Virus record (IMG/VR): IMGVR_UViG_3300037506_000050
Span: 1 to 24,704 of that record
Source of the DNA: a virus
Lineage: Duplodnaviria > Caudoviricetes
Reading direction: 5' to 3' (one strand)
DNA length: 24,704 bases
A model generated the notes under the pieces. That model saw nothing but the letters and a program-made list of their open reading frames with translations, made no database searches and was not told the DNA's origin. Position numbers and translations under genes: made by a program. Shown here piece by piece: positions 22,360-24,704 of the stretch (position 1 is the stretch's first letter; every line of letters starts with the position of its first letter).

Positions 22360-23310
22360 ATGACTACCAATAGTGAGCTGCTGCGCAAGGCAGACATCGC
22401 GGTGTCGGACCTGTCTTCCGGCGGTTTACTGAACGCCGAGCAGGCGGATGTATTCATCCGCAAGCTGATGACACCAGCCACCATGCTGGCCCAGAGTCGG
22501 CGTGTGGCGATGAACAGCCCGCAGATGTGGATCAATAAGATCGGCTTCGCGACGCGCATTATGCGTGCGGCCACCGCGGCGACGGCGCTGCAGTCTGCGG
22601 ACCGCAGCAAGCCGACGACTGAGCAGATCCAGCTCGCCGTTAAGGAGGCGATTGCGGAGGTCTGGCTGCCGTACGACGTCATCGAGGCGAACATCGAGCG
22701 CGGTAACATCGGTCAGATGACGGACGTGGGCGGTTCGCCGACCTCGGGCGGCATCAAGGACACCATCATGACGCTCATCGCCGAGCGGGCCGCGGTGGAT
22801 CTGGAGGAGCTGGCGATCCTCGGTGATACCGCATCGTCCGACACCTACCTCGCGCTGGTGAATGGCTGGCTCAAGTCCACGGCCGGTCAGTACGTGGATG
22901 CCGGTGGTCAGCCGATTTCCCGGCGGGTGCTGACGGATGCCATGAAGGTCCTGCCTCCGCAGTACCGGCGCAATCGTGCGGCGCTGCGCCACTACGTGTC
23001 GACCGAGCAGGAACTGGACTACCGTGAGACGCTGGCGCAACGTGAGACTTCGGTCGGTGATGCGCAGCTGCAGTCGACGGCCCCGGTCTACGCGGCTGGC
23101 GCTCCTGTTGAGGGCGTGGCGCTGATGCCCGGGACGAAGGGCCTGCTGACCAACGCGCAGAACCTGATCTTCGGCATTCAGCGGCAGATCCACGTGGAGT
23201 CGGATAAGGACATCCGCGCCCGGGTCTACATCATCGTCCTGACCTTCAAGGTCGACTTCAAGGTCGAGGAGCCGTCTGCGGCCGTGCAGTTGCTGAATCT
23301 CGGCAGCTGA
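22360..23310 (+). CDS. Major capsid protein (HK97 fold, PBSX XkdG-like)
   Basis: GGLLNAEQADVFI, YDVIEANIE, DLEELAILGD, NGWLK, LPPQYR and NLIFGIQRQI; GGAG RBS. Confidence 0.93.
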   Translation: MTTNSELLRKADIAVSDLSSGGLLNAEQADVFIRKLMTPATMLAQSRRVAMNSPQMWINKIGFATRIMRAATAATALQSADRSKPTTEQIQLAVKEAIAEVWLPYDVIEANIERGNIGQMTDVGGSPTSGGIKDTIMTLIAERAAVDLEELAILGDTASSDTYLALVNGWLKSTAGQYVDAGGQPISRRVLTDAMKVLPPQYRRNRAALRHYVSTEQELDYRETLAQRETSVGDAQLQSTAPVYAAGAPVEGVALMPGTKGLLTNAQNLIFGIQRQIHVESDKDIRARVYIIVLTFKVDFKVEEPSAAVQLLNLGS

Positions 23311-23324
23311 TGGGATGTGAGGCA

Positions 23325-23345
23325 GGCCCGGTGAGCAGCCGGGCC
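23325..23345 (+). terminator. GC hairpin after the MCP (possible terminator or mRNA-stabilising stem)
   Basis: GGCCCGG-N7-CCGGGCC; no U-tract. Confidence 0.35.
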
Positions 23346-23386
23346 CGTCATCATGCGAATGAGTTGACGTTTATCAGGGGTTTTTC

Positions 23387-23623
23387 ATGCCAAGTATTGT
23401 ATTGACAGGCGCCGAAATCTATCATGTGGTGGGTGGCCCGGAGTTTCTGCGTGGGCAGCCGGTGGAGGTGTCGGAGGAGCTGGCCGAGCGCCTGCTCGAC
23501 GTGTCCGATGACTTCACCGGGGTGCCGTTCTTTTCGGCAGCAGCGGCAGAGTCGGCGAGGCAGGTCGCCAAGGCTGGTAAGTCCAAGGACAAGGACAAGG
23601 GCGAGCGGGCTGTCGCGATCTGA
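23387..23623 (+). CDS. Small hypothetical protein after the MCP
   Basis: 78-aa ORF; F.RGQPVEVSEELAERL pattern typical of small post-capsid genes. Confidence 0.65.
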   Translation: MPSIVLTGAEIYHVVGGPEFLRGQPVEVSEELAERLLDVSDDFTGVPFFSAAAAESARQVAKAGKSKDKDKGERAVAI

Positions 23624-23669
23624 CATGCCGTCAAGAGCGTAGCTTGCTTCTACAGTCAGGGAGGCTGGC

Positions 23670-24275
23670 ATGGCTCTGGTGGTGGAGGACGGCACAATCA
23701 TAGCTGGTGCGGAGTCGTATCTTTCGACCACCGACTATGATAACTACCTGACGGCTCGTGGCCGGGTTCATACCGGCTCACCCACGGTGACCCAGAAGGA
23801 GCAGTGGCTGCGGATCGCCTGCCAGCAGATGGAGGCGCGCTACCGGCTGCTGTGGAAGGGGTCCAAGCGTAACGACTCGCTTGCGGTGGCGTACCAGCCG
23901 CTGTCGTGGCCGCGCACCGACGTCGTCGATGAGGACGAGATCGAGATCGACGACCAAACCATCCCGCAGTTGGTCAAAAATGCGCAGGCGGAGATTGCGT
24001 GGCTGGTCGAGTCTGGCCGCTCGTTCGTCACGACGGAGGTCAAGGCATCGGATGTGCAGGTCACCTCCGAGTCCGTGGGGCCCATCTCGGTGTCCTACTC
24101 TCAGTCCACGCAGCACACCAGTACGTTCCCGCTGATCGACCAGATGCTGGTTCCGTTGGCCAACGTCTCGGGTGTCTCGGTCGGTGCCTACATCGGGCTG
24201 ACGGCCGAGGAGGAGCTGGCCATGGCGCAAGCCGCGCTGGACCTGACGGATACCGAGTTCTTCAACCCGATCTGA
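23670..24275 (+). CDS. Head-tail adaptor (DnaT-like phage family)
   Basis: MALVVEDGT..AGAESY, WKG, QPLSWPR, IPQLVKNAQAEIA and ESVGPISVSY; GGAGG RBS. Confidence 0.85.
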   Translation: MALVVEDGTIIAGAESYLSTTDYDNYLTARGRVHTGSPTVTQKEQWLRIACQQMEARYRLLWKGSKRNDSLAVAYQPLSWPRTDVVDEDEIEIDDQTIPQLVKNAQAEIAWLVESGRSFVTTEVKASDVQVTSESVGPISVSYSQSTQHTSTFPLIDQMLVPLANVSGVSVGAYIGLTAEEELAMAQAALDLTDTEFFNPI

Positions 24276-24285
24276 GGATGGTGAC

Positions 24286-24567
24286 ATGAGCTTTTTACCC
24301 GTAAGGGAAACCTGCTGGCGCACTACAAGTGGCGGCTGCGTAAGCATGGGGACCACGATCAGTCCGGCCACGGGAACTGGGCGAGCGGCGACGGTGAACC
24401 GGGCAGGGAGAAGAAGTCGCTTGATGACAAGACCAAGGTGGAGGCAGACGATCGCCGGTATCGCAAGTTGAAGTCGATCATTCTCATCCTCTGGTGCACT
24501 CCGTCAGCTGGGCCAGTGCCTGCATGGCAAGGTTAAGCAGCTGGAGGCTGAAGGCAAGAGTGACTAG
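24286..24567 (+). pseudogene. Tagged small protein with two apparent compensating frameshifts
   Basis: ATG AGC TTT TT then, in the -1 frame, TRKGNLLAHYKWRLRKHGDHDQSGHGNWA...KLKSI; returns to the ATG frame as SSSGALRQLGQCLHGKVKQLEAEGKSD*. Confidence 0.55.
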
Positions 24568-24585
24568 CGGAGGGTCATAGGTCGG

Positions 24586-24704
24586 ATGGGGACGTTTTAC
24601 GAAGACCGTCGCGCTACCGCTGACACGCTGATCCGCAAGTACGGTCAGCAGGTGACGTTGCGCATTGATGAGTCCGGGCAGGTGGTGAACCCGGACACAG
24701 GTAT
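24586..24704 (+). CDS. Head-closure / head-tail joining protein, 5' part (runs off the window)
   Basis: MGTFYEDRRATADTLIRKYGQQVTLR...NPDTG is a typical N-terminus for the gene after the DnaT-like adaptor. Confidence 0.7.
   Translation, partial: MGTFYEDRRATADTLIRKYGQQVTLRIDESGQVVNPDTG

Noticed and set aside
1-24704. tRNA, rRNA, intron or intein
   Set aside because: No cloverleaf, rRNA-like or splicing motifs recognised by eye; TerL, portal and MCP look uninterrupted.

Overview
High-GC tailed-phage (or prophage) DNA-packaging and head-morphogenesis region, with all credible genes on the + strand. Order: terS, terL, an ~11 kb insert, then the head module. The insert holds probable virion-accessory genes (repeat-containing decoration-like protein, TPR/GT9 glycosyltransferase, LamG-like, PhoD-like and beta-helix proteins) and small regulators (Zn-ribbon/wHTH, CsrA-like). 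The head module is PBSX-type: portal, MuF minor head protein, XkdF-like prohead protease, scaffold, major capsid protein, head-tail adaptor and the start of a head-closure gene. Two unannotated layers stand out. (1) A recurring peptide grammar: an M[GS][YF][FW] leader, a hydrophobic-x-K putative protease site, then one of two short tags ([HQ]PR..G..[FW] or KH..HDQ..HGN). It occurs in the MuF protein and in several unrelated ORFs and remnants, suggesting a modular capsid-cargo addressing system whose payloads are being swapped or deleted. (2) A phage-specific promoter-like motif (GGTTGGAGG-N3-TANNNT) in front of virion genes, three times paired with a 21-bp palindrome (TTTCCCG-N7-CGGGAAA). All family assignments come from motif recognition by eye; no searches were run.
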